From positions 1-64,000 of the forward strand of contig CAVSQB010000025.1 in the NCBI GenBank assembly GCA_963729895.1: 64,000 nucleotides of DNA, given 5' to 3'. Positions 1 through 10,159 of the stretch are shown one piece after another. Every line of letters begins with the position of its first letter. The stretch's first letter is position 1. This DNA comes from an uncultured Fibrobacterota bacterium. GTDB lineage: Bacteria > Fibrobacterota > Chitinivibrionia > Chitinivibrionales > FEN-1185. A program made the translations under genes and the position numbers. The notes beneath the pieces are model-generated. The model saw only the letters and a program-made list of their open reading frames with translations. It was not told the DNA's origin and did no database searches.

Positions 1-276
1 GGGAAATGGGCGTTCTTCACGGCAACCGTGTTTGTCGAAAACAAACGCGTCCAGAACCATACCCTGCTCTGTCTCGATCCTTCCCTTGGAGCCGGATTTC
101 TTGTTCCGCGCACCGTTGCCTCCGGAAGAAACGAGGACCGTGTTGCCTGGATGACCGATCCCGAGGCCCTTGTGGTTTTTGGCCAGGGGCATGCATCTGT
201 GTGGAACTTGTCAAAATTTGATCAAAAGAAGCCCACGGCCAAACCTAAAACCAAGGCAAAGACCAGAAGAAGGTAG
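1..276 (+). CDS. C-terminal part of a hypothetical protein (5'-truncated by window)
   Basis: Frame 1 is open from base 1 (GKWAFFTATVFVENK...) to TAG at 274-276; Lys-rich tail; no recognisable family. Confidence 0.55.
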   Translation, partial: GKWAFFTATVFVENKRVQNHTLLCLDPSLGAGFLVPRTVASGRNEDRVAWMTDPEALVVFGQGHASVWNLSKFDQKKPTAKPKTKAKTRRR

Positions 277-286
277 GGTGGCTTGG

Positions 287-454
287 TTACGCGCGAAGCC
301 GGGCTTCCGGCGCCCCGTCCTCAACGAGCTCGATCCTCCTCCCGGCCGTCAACGTTACTCCAACCGCATCGGCAAGCTTTCTAACCAGCTCTAGGTCCTC
401 TTCCGACATCGGCGGGCATTCGCTGCTTGTCCAGAATTCGATATGTTCGAGCAT
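287..454 (-). CDS. Possible small hypothetical protein (55 aa)
   Basis: ORF MLEHIEFWTSSECPPMSEEDLELVRKLADAVG... has a plausible amphipathic composition and fills the gap downstream of the DUF2089 operon; no family recognised. Confidence 0.3.
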   Translation of the reverse strand: MLEHIEFWTSSECPPMSEEDLELVRKLADAVGVTLTAGRRIELVEDGAPEARLRA

Positions 455-527
455 GATTTCACGCGGTCCCACACATTCTCCTTTTTCTTTGTGTCCTCTG
501 CGCCCCTGCGGTGAATCTTACAAAAGT

Positions 528-956
528 CTATTCTCCGCAATACACCCGCACCGTGTCCCCGTTTTTCGACTTGACATTCACTTCCATATCCGCAAGGTTC
601 TTTATAAGCTCCTCGATGTCCTCGGGCTTTATGGTGCCCAAATCGAAATTCATGCCCTTTTCCTTGAGCGAGCTGTTGATATGGTCCATTGCCTGCGGCG
701 GGATGAGCGCCGTAAACCGCATGCCCGCGCGGATGAGGCCGAGCGGCACGCGCACGTCGACATTGTCCTGCTGGGAGCTCAGGACTTTTACGTACATGTA
801 CTTGATGTTCTTCGGCACCTTCGGCTCGACAGCAGCGGCCTCGGCTGCCTGACGGCCTGTGTTGTTTTCCAGAGCGTCAAGCAGGTCTTCCGCCTCGATG
901 GCCGTGATCTTGCCTTCGCCGAGCATCTTGAGGATCCGCTGTCTCTCTTCATCCAT
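528..956 (-). CDS. SHOCT-like domain protein (DUF2089-operon associated)
   Basis: N-terminal EERQRILKMLGEGKITAIEAEDLLDAL SHOCT-like motif; GGAGG RBS upstream; typical third gene of DUF2089 operons. Confidence 0.85.
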   Translation of the reverse strand: MDEERQRILKMLGEGKITAIEAEDLLDALENNTGRQAAEAAAVEPKVPKNIKYMYVKVLSSQQDNVDVRVPLGLIRAGMRFTALIPPQAMDHINSSLKEKGMNFDLGTIKPEDIEELIKNLADMEVNVKSKNGDTVRVYCGE

Positions 957-971
957 ACTACACCTCCGGTG

Positions 972-1259
972 TTATCGTATTGTCACGTCGACAAGTGAAT
1001 TCTGTTTTTCGTTTTTCACCCTCACGGTGAGGCCCTGCAGCGCAGATATCAGGGAAAACAGGGCGCCGATTATGGCGAACAGATGGATCCTTGCGTTGGC
1101 CAGCCGCAGGATAATCTCGGCGAGAACAAGGAACGGCAGAAGCAGGATAAGGGAAACAAAGACGAACGGCCACACAATAAACAACGGCAGCCAAAGCCTG
1201 AGTTTGAACCGGGCGCCGCTATGGATTTTCAGGTTCATTACGCTCGGGACCATACTCAA
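972..1259 (-). CDS. Small membrane protein
   Basis: 95 aa with two hydrophobic segments; ATGA overlap with the stop of the upstream gene. Confidence 0.75.
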   Translation of the reverse strand: MSMVPSVMNLKIHSGARFKLRLWLPLFIVWPFVFVSLILLLPFLVLAEIILRLANARIHLFAIIGALFSLISALQGLTVRVKNEKQNSLVDVTIR

Positions 1260-1630
1260 CTCCTTAGTTTTTCCGCAGCTTCCTTTGCCGACATCTCACC
1301 GCGTTCGAGCTTGCCGAGAATTTCTTCGCGGTTCGACGCCGGCGTCACCTCAACGAACTTCAGCTGACTGCCGATCTTGTTGAGCCGCGCCTTGATGGTC
1401 GGATAACTAACTCCAAAGGCCTGTTCCATTTCTTTGATTGAGCCGTGAGTACGGATAAAATGGGCCACAAATACCTGATCCTCGTCGGAAAGCTTTGCCA
1501 AAGCCGGAAGATCAAATTCGCCCTCGATAGCGATGCCGGTATCTTTCATCTTTATGGAAGTTACAGAAAACTCCTTTTGGCCGGTTAGTGCAGTCAATTC
1601 GTACCATGCTGATGCCACATTCAACTCCAA
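1256..1630 (-). CDS. DUF2089 family protein (HTH + SHOCT)
   Basis: GSIKEMEQAFGVSYPTIKARL HTH motif and C-terminal EILGKLERGEMSAKEAAEKL; start could be GTG a few codons downstream. Confidence 0.85.
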   Translation of the reverse strand: MELNVASAWYELTALTGQKEFSVTSIKMKDTGIAIEGEFDLPALAKLSDEDQVFVAHFIRTHGSIKEMEQAFGVSYPTIKARLNKIGSQLKFVEVTPASNREEILGKLERGEMSAKEAAEKLRS

Positions 1631-1647
1631 GGTTAACTTACATGATA

Positions 1648-1676
1648 AATATACAATAAAATATTAATTTTGTCAA
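1648..1676 (-). promoter_or_regulatory. Sigma70-type promoter of the DUF2089 operon
   Basis: Minus strand TTGACA (1676-1671), 17-bp spacer, TATATT (1653-1648). Confidence 0.75.
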
Positions 1677-1855
1677 TAGTTTGATTGATTTTATTAACAC
1701 GATGGCCAGTAAATTCACTAATTGATTGATTTTGTGTTTATTGCAGCTAAGCATCTGCAGTGAGCTCTTTGCGAGGATTCTTCATTGATAATGGAAAGGC
1801 AGCACAAAGCGGAATATTGCTCCCGGCTGCAATTCGGGGTCGCGCTGAACCCTAG

Positions 1856-3167
1856 CAGGGTGTTGAAAAAGTCTCCCTTTTGTAAACATTTATCCTTATA
1901 TTATAGGGGAACCCCAACCAAGGAGTATTGATGAGAGGTTCCCAGCCAGCCCAAGGCGGTATGTTCAGCTTCGTTTCTCCGGATTCCCGAGTGCCGGCAA
2001 CGCACCCGCTTCGTCGTGTCAAACAGTTTACGGACATAGCGCTGCGCCGCCTTTCTCGTGACTTTGAGGCGATGTACAGCCGGATGGGACGCCCTTCGAT
2101 ACCGCCGGAATGGCTTTTGAAAGCACAGATATTGATGGCTTTGTTTTCGATACGGTCGGACCGGTTGTTTTGCGAGATGCTGGACTATAACATTCTGTTC
2201 CGATGGTTTCTTGACATGGATCTGGATGCGGCATCGTTTGATCATAGTGTGTTTTCGAAGAACCGAGATCGACTTATGGAACAGGAGATTGCGCACCGGC
2301 TGATGCAGGAAATCGTGCGTCTTGCTCGTTCCGAAGAGTTGTTGTCCGATGAGCATTTCACGGTTGACGGCACGTTGATTGAAGCCTGGGCATCGATGAA
2401 GAGCTTCAAGCGAAAAGACGCGGAATCGGCGAACAAGACTGACGATGATCGGAGTAATCCGTCGGTTGATTTCCACCATGAGAAGCGAAGCAATGAGACA
2501 CATCAGAGTTCGACCGATCCAGAGGCGCTGTTGGCTCGGAAGAACAAGAGAACGGGAGCGCAGCTGGCGTATTCCGGTCACGTGCTGATGGAAAACCGAA
2601 ATGGGTTGTGTGTTGATATCGCCATTGCGCCAGCGACGGGGACAGCGGAACGGGATATGGCGCTTGAGCTGATAAAGCATGAACGCAGGCGCGGAAAACG
2701 CCGGATGAAGACGGTGGGTGCAGACAAAGGGTATCATGCAACCGAATTTATCAAGAGCCTGCGACGCCTGCACGTGAAGCCTCACATTGCCGAGAAGGCC
2801 AACACTTCGCTTAAAGGGTTGGATGGAAGAACGACTCGGCATAAGGGATACAGCGTAAGTCAAAGGAAACGAAAACGGGTTGAAGAGATATTTGGGTGGA
2901 TCAAGAGCGTCGGTGGCCTGCGGAAAACTCGGGTAAGAGGAATACGAATCAACCAGACTGTTGCCTACGTGGTTGCCGCAGCGTACAACTTGATACGCAT
3001 GGTTAAGTTGATGCCGCAAACGGTGGGGGCAGCATGAGAATGGCCTGGGAATCCGGGGAAATGCCTCGGAACGAGGCAGGTAAAACCTCTCTGACATATG
3101 TAAAGTTGAAGTTAGGTTCATAAAAAATCAACAAGAGCGCTTCTGTTAGGACTATTTCAACAACCTG
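1856..3167 (+). mobile_element. IS5-family insertion sequence (1312 bp), apparently intact
   Basis: Terminal IRs CAGGGTGTTGAAAAAGTC / GACTATTTCAACAACCTG (16/18 match); CTAG target duplication at 1852-1855 and 3168-3171; encloses a DDE transposase. Confidence 0.93.
1928..3037 (+). CDS. IS5-family DDE transposase
   Basis: GRPSIPPE, FTVDGTLIEAWAS, GADKGY and RKRVEEIFGWIK motifs; AGGAG RBS. Confidence 0.93.
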   Translation: MMRGSQPAQGGMFSFVSPDSRVPATHPLRRVKQFTDIALRRLSRDFEAMYSRMGRPSIPPEWLLKAQILMALFSIRSDRLFCEMLDYNILFRWFLDMDLDAASFDHSVFSKNRDRLMEQEIAHRLMQEIVRLARSEELLSDEHFTVDGTLIEAWASMKSFKRKDAESANKTDDDRSNPSVDFHHEKRSNETHQSSTDPEALLARKNKRTGAQLAYSGHVLMENRNGLCVDIAIAPATGTAERDMALELIKHERRRGKRRMKTVGADKGYHATEFIKSLRRLHVKPHIAEKANTSLKGLDGRTTRHKGYSVSQRKRKRVEEIFGWIKSVGGLRKTRVRGIRINQTVAYVVAAAYNLIRMVKLMPQTVGAA

Positions 3168-3323
3168 CTAGGGGGAAACTTCCCCCGCTCATAAAACTCG
3201 GACATTCTTTGCTTCACCAGAATTTTGCATTTCCCTTTGCCCTCTTGTATCTTCATGGTTCTCTCGACCTCGCAGCAAACATACGACGGAATTACCCGGC
3301 CCACGGCGGATGAAGGACATTGC

Positions 3324-6300
3324 ATGAAGACAAAAGCCGCTGTCGCGTTTGTGCTCTTCTTATCAGGCGTTCTGTGTGCCTTCAACCATCCGGAAATCAA
3401 ATGGAAAAGCGTAACCACCTCCCACTTCATTATCCATTATTATGACCGGACCGAACCCGCGGTGTATGCAACATGGAAGATTGCGGAAGAGTCCTATGCC
3501 GCACTGTCCGAGCTGTATGATTACGCCGAACGCGAGAAGATCAACATCGCGCTCGCTGACTACGACGACTATTCGAACGGCAGCACCGACTGGACAAACG
3601 GAAGCATTATCATCTGGGTAACCGACTCGCGGTTCGACCTCCGCGGCAACAACACCTGGCTGCGCAACGTGATAACGCACGAGCTGAGCCACATCGTAAC
3701 GCTGGAGAAGAGCTCGAAAATGCAACTGTTCGACTGGACGTTTGAGCTGGACTACCAGTCTCCGGCAGCGGACATTTCGCTTGCGGAGCCGTTTGCGACC
3801 ACCCGGTTCTGGCCTAACTGGCTGGCCGAAGGCGCGGCCCAGCTCGAATCGGCGCGCAGGGGCAACGATTGTTGGGACTCCAGGCGCGACATGCTCTTGT
3901 CCGACGCGGCGGCAAACGGCGCGGAGCTGACTCTTGACGAAATGGGATATTTCAACCACACCAGCATCAGGTCGGAGCTGGTATACAATCAGGGATTCTC
4001 TTTTCTCAAGTACATCGAGGGCAGGATCGGCAGGCAGGCCTTGGTCCGGATGTGGAACGCAGGCCGGAACTCGGCGCTGTTCTTAAGCAACTTCAGGTCG
4101 TTCTTTGCGGACCAGACCGGGCTGAGGCTCGAGGATCTCTATGGCCAGTGGCTCGACAGCGTGAGAACCGCGGCGCGGCAGCGCGCCCCCGCAAATCCCA
4201 CCCCGACCGTTACGGTCTGGAACAAAGGAACCTACAACTACCTGCCCAAAGTTTCCGGCGACGGCATGTGGTGGGGATGGCTCACGTCAAATAAGGACGA
4301 CTTCGGGCGGACAGACCTTGTCGTCGCGCCGTACGGAAAAACCACGGGCGGGATCACCATACAATGGGCGCTTTCGTCGTGGGATTTTTCGGCCGACTCA
4401 AGGCATGTTTTTTACCTTAAAGCAAGGGAACTGTCGGATCATGGCTCCGCGTTCAACGACCTGTACGTGTTTGATCTGGCCTCCCGAACCGACCGCCGGC
4501 TTACCAGGAACGGCCGGTTCTACGATATTGCGGTGTCGCCGGACGCCGCGCAGATCGCGTGCGTTCAGTTCCGCGACGGAGCGTTCAGCGTGAAAGCATC
4601 AGCAGACTGCCGTGGTTGGGAAACGCTCGTTGCGGGAAAGGTTGGTGAGCCGTTTCTGGGCCTGTCATTTTCTCCTGTCAAGCTCTTACTTCCGCAGCCC
4701 GCGGCGACGCCGGCTCCGGCGCGCGACCTTGCCACCGGACAACGCGCCGCGGATTCGACCAGAAAGGACGTGAGTGCTGCAGGAACGGCGGTCGATACCG
4801 CTGCTTCCGTGCCCGCCGAGGCACCGGAATACAAGATCGCCACGAGCAGGCTGATCAACGGAAGGGCGCGGATTTGCATCATAGGGCTCTCGAGCAAGAC
4901 ATTGAGGGTTGTAGGCCCGGATTTCGGCCAGCAGGAGTTCCCGCATTGGGGCAGGGACGGCCGTATTTATTTTGACGCGGATTACGACGGCATTTTCAAC
5001 ATTTATTCCATGCGGCCCGACGGCGGCGACCTCCGGCGGCACACCAGCGTCGGCGGAGGGATGTTCGAACCGTTTCTTGACAACAACGGAAACCTGCTGT
5101 GCCTGCAATTTTCCCGACAGGCGTTTTCCGTGGTGACCTGCCCGGCCGGCGGCGAGCCGTACGCATTGCCGCAATCGTTTGCCTGTTCGTTCTCCGCCGT
5201 ACCGAGCCCCAAGGGTGAAGTCACCATCAAGAGCCGGCCCTACGAGGGACGGCTTTTGAGGCCCGTGTGGGAGCTGCAGAGCCTGCTCTCGGTAGACGAC
5301 CAGACGGGAACGTTCATCGATGCCGTGCAGCACGGCCGCCTTGCGGGCTGGAGCGACACCGCATCCATAGAGGCGGGAACGGGCATCATGATGAGCCGCA
5401 CCGACGCGCTGGACAAAAAAGAAATGTCAATCGGCCTCATGGCGGCGGTGGTGCATCAGGGTGTGACGCTGCCCGATTCCCTCACGAAGAACGCCGTTAA
5501 CGCCGCGGGAGAGCGCGTTGCTCCCAAGGCGGCGCGGCAGGACTTTCTCGCCTCGTTTAACGATAAGAAGCTGCGCGAGATTTCTGGGATGGAGCCCGAG
5601 CACGGCACGAGCATCGCCCCGTTCATTTCAAACTTTGCCGGCCGTAAGAACCTTGTCAATCCCATTGCAGCGCAGGGAGATCCTGCGGGTGATTCGACGT
5701 CCAACCTCCTGTCGAGCTGGATTCCGGCGCTGTTTCCATCATTCCAACTGGTCAATAGCATGAGCGCGGTCACGTTTACGCTTGACGCCCAGGCCGCGCT
5801 CGCATACTTTATACCGGCGGAACTGTCGGTGGGCGGCGAAGCGTCGTGGCAGGCTTCCAGAGACTGGTACTTCGGCATTGCTCCGCAGTTGGACTTGTAT
5901 CCGGTGCCCACGTTCTCGCTCACCGAATTCAAGGTTCCTATCTATGCCATCTGGTTTACGTACGGGTATCAGAACGAGGACATTGCCTACAACGAATCCG
6001 GCGTTTCGGAGTTTTCGCTGTCCGCAACGCCGGATTTCTTCGCCAGCGTCGACTCCGTCGATACCTCGGACGTTTCCTACCCGCGGTCAACCGCGGTAAC
6101 CTATGAACTGCAGTTCTTTCACGGATTTCCGGTTTCGACGCACTCCTCCATCATTCTGAGTACCGACGATTATTACACTCATCTCTCCTCCGACAATTTC
6201 GTCGATCCCAGGGGCCTGCTCAAGGGAATGTCTTCGGAATACATGAACCTGAGCGCGGGCGCATCGTTTGTCTTTCCGCTGTGGCGGCAGATCAACCGGG

Positions 6301-6566
6301 GGCCGGCCTATGCGGACGCGCTGTACGGACAGGTGGGATACGAGTATTCCCTTTACGCAAACACCCTGAAGATCAACGGACAGTTTTCCAAGGCATTCCT
6401 GGACCGCGCCTTCAACGACGACTACATATATCCGTCGCACATTCTTACCGTAGGCACGCAACTTGGTTTTTTCAAATCGTATGAGTTTTCCAGAACGCTG
6501 GTTGCAAGAATCGCCTGGGATATCATGAGAAACAAGGTCGGCCTCAATCTTACCGTCGGCTTCTGA
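3324..6566 (+). CDS. Secreted/outer-membrane protein: gluzincin (peptidase MA-like) domain + TolB/PD40-like propeller + probable C-terminal beta-barrel
   Basis: Signal peptide MKTKAAVAFVLFLSGVLCA; THELSH (HExxH) plus WLAEGAA; SPD/SGDG propeller repeats; ends in beta-signal-like GLNLTVGF. Confidence 0.75.
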   Translation: MKTKAAVAFVLFLSGVLCAFNHPEIKWKSVTTSHFIIHYYDRTEPAVYATWKIAEESYAALSELYDYAEREKINIALADYDDYSNGSTDWTNGSIIIWVTDSRFDLRGNNTWLRNVITHELSHIVTLEKSSKMQLFDWTFELDYQSPAADISLAEPFATTRFWPNWLAEGAAQLESARRGNDCWDSRRDMLLSDAAANGAELTLDEMGYFNHTSIRSELVYNQGFSFLKYIEGRIGRQALVRMWNAGRNSALFLSNFRSFFADQTGLRLEDLYGQWLDSVRTAARQRAPANPTPTVTVWNKGTYNYLPKVSGDGMWWGWLTSNKDDFGRTDLVVAPYGKTTGGITIQWALSSWDFSADSRHVFYLKARELSDHGSAFNDLYVFDLASRTDRRLTRNGRFYDIAVSPDAAQIACVQFRDGAFSVKASADCRGWETLVAGKVGEPFLGLSFSPVKLLLPQPAATPAPARDLATGQRAADSTRKDVSAAGTAVDTAASVPAEAPEYKIATSRLINGRARICIIGLSSKTLRVVGPDFGQQEFPHWGRDGRIYFDADYDGIFNIYSMRPDGGDLRRHTSVGGGMFEPFLDNNGNLLCLQFSRQAFSVVTCPAGGEPYALPQSFACSFSAVPSPKGEVTIKSRPYEGRLLRPVWELQSLLSVDDQTGTFIDAVQHGRLAGWSDTASIEAGTGIMMSRTDALDKKEMSIGLMAAVVHQGVTLPDSLTKNAVNAAGERVAPKAARQDFLASFNDKKLREISGMEPEHGTSIAPFISNFAGRKNLVNPIAAQGDPAGDSTSNLLSSWIPALFPSFQLVNSMSAVTFTLDAQAALAYFIPAELSVGGEASWQASRDWYFGIAPQLDLYPVPTFSLTEFKVPIYAIWFTYGYQNEDIAYNESGVSEFSLSATPDFFASVDSVDTSDVSYPRSTAVTYELQFFHGFPVSTHSSIILSTDDYYTHLSSDNFVDPRGLLKGMSSEYMNLSAGASFVFPLWRQINRGPAYADALYGQVGYEYSLYANTLKINGQFSKAFLDRAFNDDYIYPSHILTVGTQLGFFKSYEFSRTLVARIAWDIMRNKVGLNLTVGF

Positions 6567-6586
6567 CACCACGAAAGGCGCCGCGC

Positions 6587-7783
6587 TTGAAATTCCTGCT
6601 GGTCTACCCCTCGTGGCCGAAACTGAAATTCCAGACGGAATTCCACCTGCCGCCGCACGGACCGGTGGTGATGGCGGCGGCCATACCCCAGTGGGTCGAG
6701 GTAACGTTTGCCGACGAGAATGTCGAGAGCGTACCGTTTGACAAGGCATGGGATGCAGTAGGCATTTCCACCATGCTCACGTGCCAACTGCCGCGGGCGT
6801 TTGAGATCGCCGACGCATTCAGGGCGAAAAACATTCCGGTAATTTTCGGCGGCATCGCCACCATGCTGCATGCGGAAGAAGTAAAGAAACATGCGGACAG
6901 CGTGTTCCTTGGCGAAGCCGAAGGCAGGCTCGAACAGGTATTTACGGACATGCGGAACGGCTCGCTTGCGCCGACATACGATTATCTCAGAAACTTTCCG
7001 GACATTTCGCTCGTCGGGCCCGCACGTCGCTCCATCCTCAGGCACGAAAAATACGCCTACAAAGGAACCCGCATGGTGGACCTGTTCCACGCGTCGCGCG
7101 GCTGCAGATTCAACTGTTTTCCCTGCTGCACTCCGTTTCTCGGCGGTAGAAATTTCAGGCCGCGGCCGATCGACAAGGTTGTCGAAGAGCTTGCAACCAT
7201 AGACAACGACAGGCTCTTTGTGGTTGACAACTCGCTTGCGCAGGACAAGAGGTGGGAGCTCGATCTTTTTACGGCCATGGCTCCATTCAAGAAACACTGG
7301 TGCTGCCATCCCATCGAAGACGACGACGAGGTCCTCGAGAAGGCCGCTGCGGCCGGTGCGTGGTACGTGTACCAGGCCATATTTGACACATCGGATTTTA
7401 TCCGCAAAAGAATTGCGCGGTACAAGCGGCACGGCATCGGCGTGGAGGGAACCGTAATCCTCGGCACCGACGATCACACCCAAGACTTTATCAAACGGCT
7501 CGTGGATTTTCTCATGGAGATCGATCTTGACCTTGCGGAATTCACCGTGCTCACGCCGTTTGTGCACACGCCCATCCGCCGGCAGCTCGAAAGCGAGGGG
7601 CGGATCCTGTCCAACGACCTGTCGCGGTATACTGCCGGCGAGGTGGTATTCAAACCAAAACACATGACGGCCGATGCGCTGCAGTCGATGTACGAGTACG
7701 CGTGGAACACCTTTTACAAGAGCGAGCCGCAGCGGTACAAAATGTACAAGTTGCTCAAGCGCGTAGTAGACAAACAAGAATAG
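6587..7783 (+). CDS. Cobalamin-binding radical SAM protein
   Basis: N-terminal B12-binding domain (VIFGGIATML...VFLGEAEG); CxxxCxxC in SRGCRFNCFPC; TTG start. Confidence 0.9.
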   Translation: MKFLLVYPSWPKLKFQTEFHLPPHGPVVMAAAIPQWVEVTFADENVESVPFDKAWDAVGISTMLTCQLPRAFEIADAFRAKNIPVIFGGIATMLHAEEVKKHADSVFLGEAEGRLEQVFTDMRNGSLAPTYDYLRNFPDISLVGPARRSILRHEKYAYKGTRMVDLFHASRGCRFNCFPCCTPFLGGRNFRPRPIDKVVEELATIDNDRLFVVDNSLAQDKRWELDLFTAMAPFKKHWCCHPIEDDDEVLEKAAAAGAWYVYQAIFDTSDFIRKRIARYKRHGIGVEGTVILGTDDHTQDFIKRLVDFLMEIDLDLAEFTVLTPFVHTPIRRQLESEGRILSNDLSRYTAGEVVFKPKHMTADALQSMYEYAWNTFYKSEPQRYKMYKLLKRVVDKQE

Positions 7784-7890
7784 ACGCGGGCGGGGTGAGC
7801 GCAGGGCGGGCGGAGCGTCACCTGGTGTGCCGCCTTCTGCCCGGGGGCGTGCAACCCTGAACGTAAAACCCAACTCCTCAGCCTTTTCAC

Positions 7891-9087
7891 ATGCATGACA
7901 CCGACGTTTGCATTACCGGCATGGGCATAGTGTCCGCAGTGGGCGCCGGCGCGGCAGTTCATCTGGACGCAGTTGTCAATGCGCGCTCCGGTCTCGCCCC
8001 CCGGCCGTTTTTTGAAGGCTCGTTCAAAACCGATTATATCTGCGGCATGGTGCCCCATGAGGCGTTTCCGCATACCATAGCCGACACGGCGGCCTCGCGC
8101 GCCAACCTGCTGTTCGACATGGCGTGCAAAGAAGCGCTTGCCCAGGCAGGCGTGCGAGGAGAATGCCGGGCCGCTCTGATAGTAGGCACAACGGCAAGCA
8201 ACTTCCACGGAGGCACGGTCTATTACCGCCAAAAACGGGAAAAACAAAAACCTGACGGCGGGCTTCTACAAGGGTTCCTGCCGGGCACGGTAGCCGACTT
8301 TGCCGCGATGCGTAACCGGATAACGGGCAGCCGGCACGCCGTTTCGTCTGCGTGCGCTTCGGGCGCAACCGCAATCGGCCACGCTTTCCGCATGATACGA
8401 AACGGACATGCAGACATGGTGTGCGCCGGCGGCGTCGAGGCGCTGTGTCCGTTTATCGTAGCGGGGTTCAACTCACTGCGTTTGCTTTCAAAAAACCCCT
8501 GCATGCCGTTCGACCGGGACCGCGACGGACTGAATGTGGGAGAGGGCGCCGCCGCACTGATGCTCGAAAGCGCGAAGTCGGCCAGGGAGCGAGCGGCGCA
8601 ACCGATCGCGGTTGTCAAAGCATTCGGCGAGGGATTGGAAGCGTTCCACCATACGCGCTCCAACCCCGATGGCAGCGGCGTGGCACGGGCGATGACCATG
8701 GCTTTGTCGAAGGCATCGTGGGGAGCTGGCAGCGTGGACCACGTCCACCTGCACGGAACGGCAACCGTCTTTAACGACCTGTCGGAATACAACGCAATGA
8801 AATCGGTTTTCGGCCGCCGCCTGCCCGACGTGCCCGTCTGTTCCACAAAATCAATGACAGGCCACACGCTCGGCGCCGCAGGCGCGGTTGCCGCCGTCCT
8901 CACCGTACTGTCGCTTCGCGCCGGACTCGTACCGGCGACCCTTCATCACCAAACCATCGATCCCGGGTTCTCCGGCCTCGCACTGACGAAAACGCCGCAG
9001 AGGATTCCGTTTTCCCGCGCTGCCGCCACGTCCCTCGGATTCGGCGGGGAGGCGGCCTGCCTGCTTTTTGAGAAGGCGACGCTATGA
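7891..9087 (+). CDS. Beta-ketoacyl-ACP synthase (FabF-like KS)
   Basis: Cys-His-His triad: SSACASG, HLHGTAT, KSMTGHTLGAAG. Confidence 0.9.
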   Translation: MHDTDVCITGMGIVSAVGAGAAVHLDAVVNARSGLAPRPFFEGSFKTDYICGMVPHEAFPHTIADTAASRANLLFDMACKEALAQAGVRGECRAALIVGTTASNFHGGTVYYRQKREKQKPDGGLLQGFLPGTVADFAAMRNRITGSRHAVSSACASGATAIGHAFRMIRNGHADMVCAGGVEALCPFIVAGFNSLRLLSKNPCMPFDRDRDGLNVGEGAAALMLESAKSARERAAQPIAVVKAFGEGLEAFHHTRSNPDGSGVARAMTMALSKASWGAGSVDHVHLHGTATVFNDLSEYNAMKSVFGRRLPDVPVCSTKSMTGHTLGAAGAVAAVLTVLSLRAGLVPATLHHQTIDPGFSGLALTKTPQRIPFSRAAATSLGFGGEAACLLFEKATL

Positions 9088-10142
9088 ACGCAACTGCCGG
9101 CATAGCAGGCGTGGGATTCATCGTGCCATCGGGCGCGCTCCTTTCGTCGCTCAGGACCCTGCCGCAGGAAACGAGGAGGGAGGTGCGTCTCGTTGAAAGT
9201 GTGCCTGCCATACCGGGGCTGGCCGCCAACGACACGCGGCGCATGTCGAAGCTCACGCGGTTTTCGCTCTTTGCGGCAAGCCAGGCTATGGCCGCGTCGG
9301 GGCGGGGCAGCCCGGGAACCGGCCTGTTTGTAGGGATCACGCACGGATCAACCGCGCACCTGCTCGAATTTCACGATTACATGTTCGACTACGGGCCAAG
9401 CATGGCGTCGCCGAACAGTTTCTCAAACGGCCTGACCAATGCGCCCCTGTCGTCGGTGTCGTCCGCGTTCAAATTGACCGATGGTGGGACCACCATTATG
9501 GGGTACGAGAACAACGGGCTCGCGGTACTCGACTATTGTGCGCAGGCAATTGCACATTCGGAATACGACGCATGCCTGGCGGGATCGTCGGAGGAATATG
9601 CCGCCGTAGTCCACGATGCCTACCGGGCCTGCGGCTGGCACGGCGGCGAGGCGCCGGCCTACCTGCCCTTTCCCCGCGATCCGGGCGGGAACATGGGACT
9701 GGGTGTTTCGGAGGGCAGTGCGTTTTTCGTGCTCCAGCCGCTTTCGTCCTTTACGGACAGGAAGCCGTTGTGCCGCTTTACCCCCGTAGATCTCAACGGG
9801 TACAAGGACGGCGCCGATGTGGTTGTGTCCGGCGCGGGGGGCGGGCCGCAGGACGGGTTCGAGCTGGCCTCGCTCAAACGACTGGCGGAAAGCAATCCGG
9901 AGAAGAAACCGTCTCTTGTGTTCTCAAAACCGCTCTTCGGCGAGGCCTTCGGCCTGGGGTCGATGCTGTCCTCGCTCGTTGCATGCGATATCGTCGCCAA
10001 CGGCGCAGACTACCCTTCGTTTCCCCTGCACCCGCAGTTGGCCGGATTGTTTGCTCCGCGACAGGATGGGCCGGCGCGATCGGCGCTTGTCGTTGCGGCG
10101 GGCCGCAACGGGCAGATGTCGGCCGGGTTATTCGAGAAGTGA
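9084..10142 (+). CDS. Ketosynthase chain-length-factor-like protein (catalytically degenerate KS)
   Basis: KS N-terminal features (RRMSKLTR, SPNSFSNGLTNAP, SEGSAFFVL, KPLFGE) but no catalytic Cys (MGYENNG); ATGA-coupled to the KS. Confidence 0.8.
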   Translation: MNATAGIAGVGFIVPSGALLSSLRTLPQETRREVRLVESVPAIPGLAANDTRRMSKLTRFSLFAASQAMAASGRGSPGTGLFVGITHGSTAHLLEFHDYMFDYGPSMASPNSFSNGLTNAPLSSVSSAFKLTDGGTTIMGYENNGLAVLDYCAQAIAHSEYDACLAGSSEEYAAVVHDAYRACGWHGGEAPAYLPFPRDPGGNMGLGVSEGSAFFVLQPLSSFTDRKPLCRFTPVDLNGYKDGADVVVSGAGGGPQDGFELASLKRLAESNPEKKPSLVFSKPLFGEAFGLGSMLSSLVACDIVANGADYPSFPLHPQLAGLFAPRQDGPARSALVVAAGRNGQMSAGLFEK

Positions 10143-10159
10143 CGCGTAAGGAAACATCA

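Noticed and set aside
1901..3121. 406-aa antisense ORF over the IS5 transposase
   Set aside because: It is the reverse complement of a well-supported transposase and has no recognisable motifs; a typical shadow ORF.
6422..7873. Long antisense ORFs (also 10680-11960, 38149-39474, 48097-49428 and others)
   Set aside because: GC-rich codon shadows of well-supported genes on the opposite strand.
9536..10159. N-terminal extension of the cupin ORF (371-aa call)
   Set aside because: It overlaps the CLF gene out of frame; the real start is ATG 10160 with an RBS.
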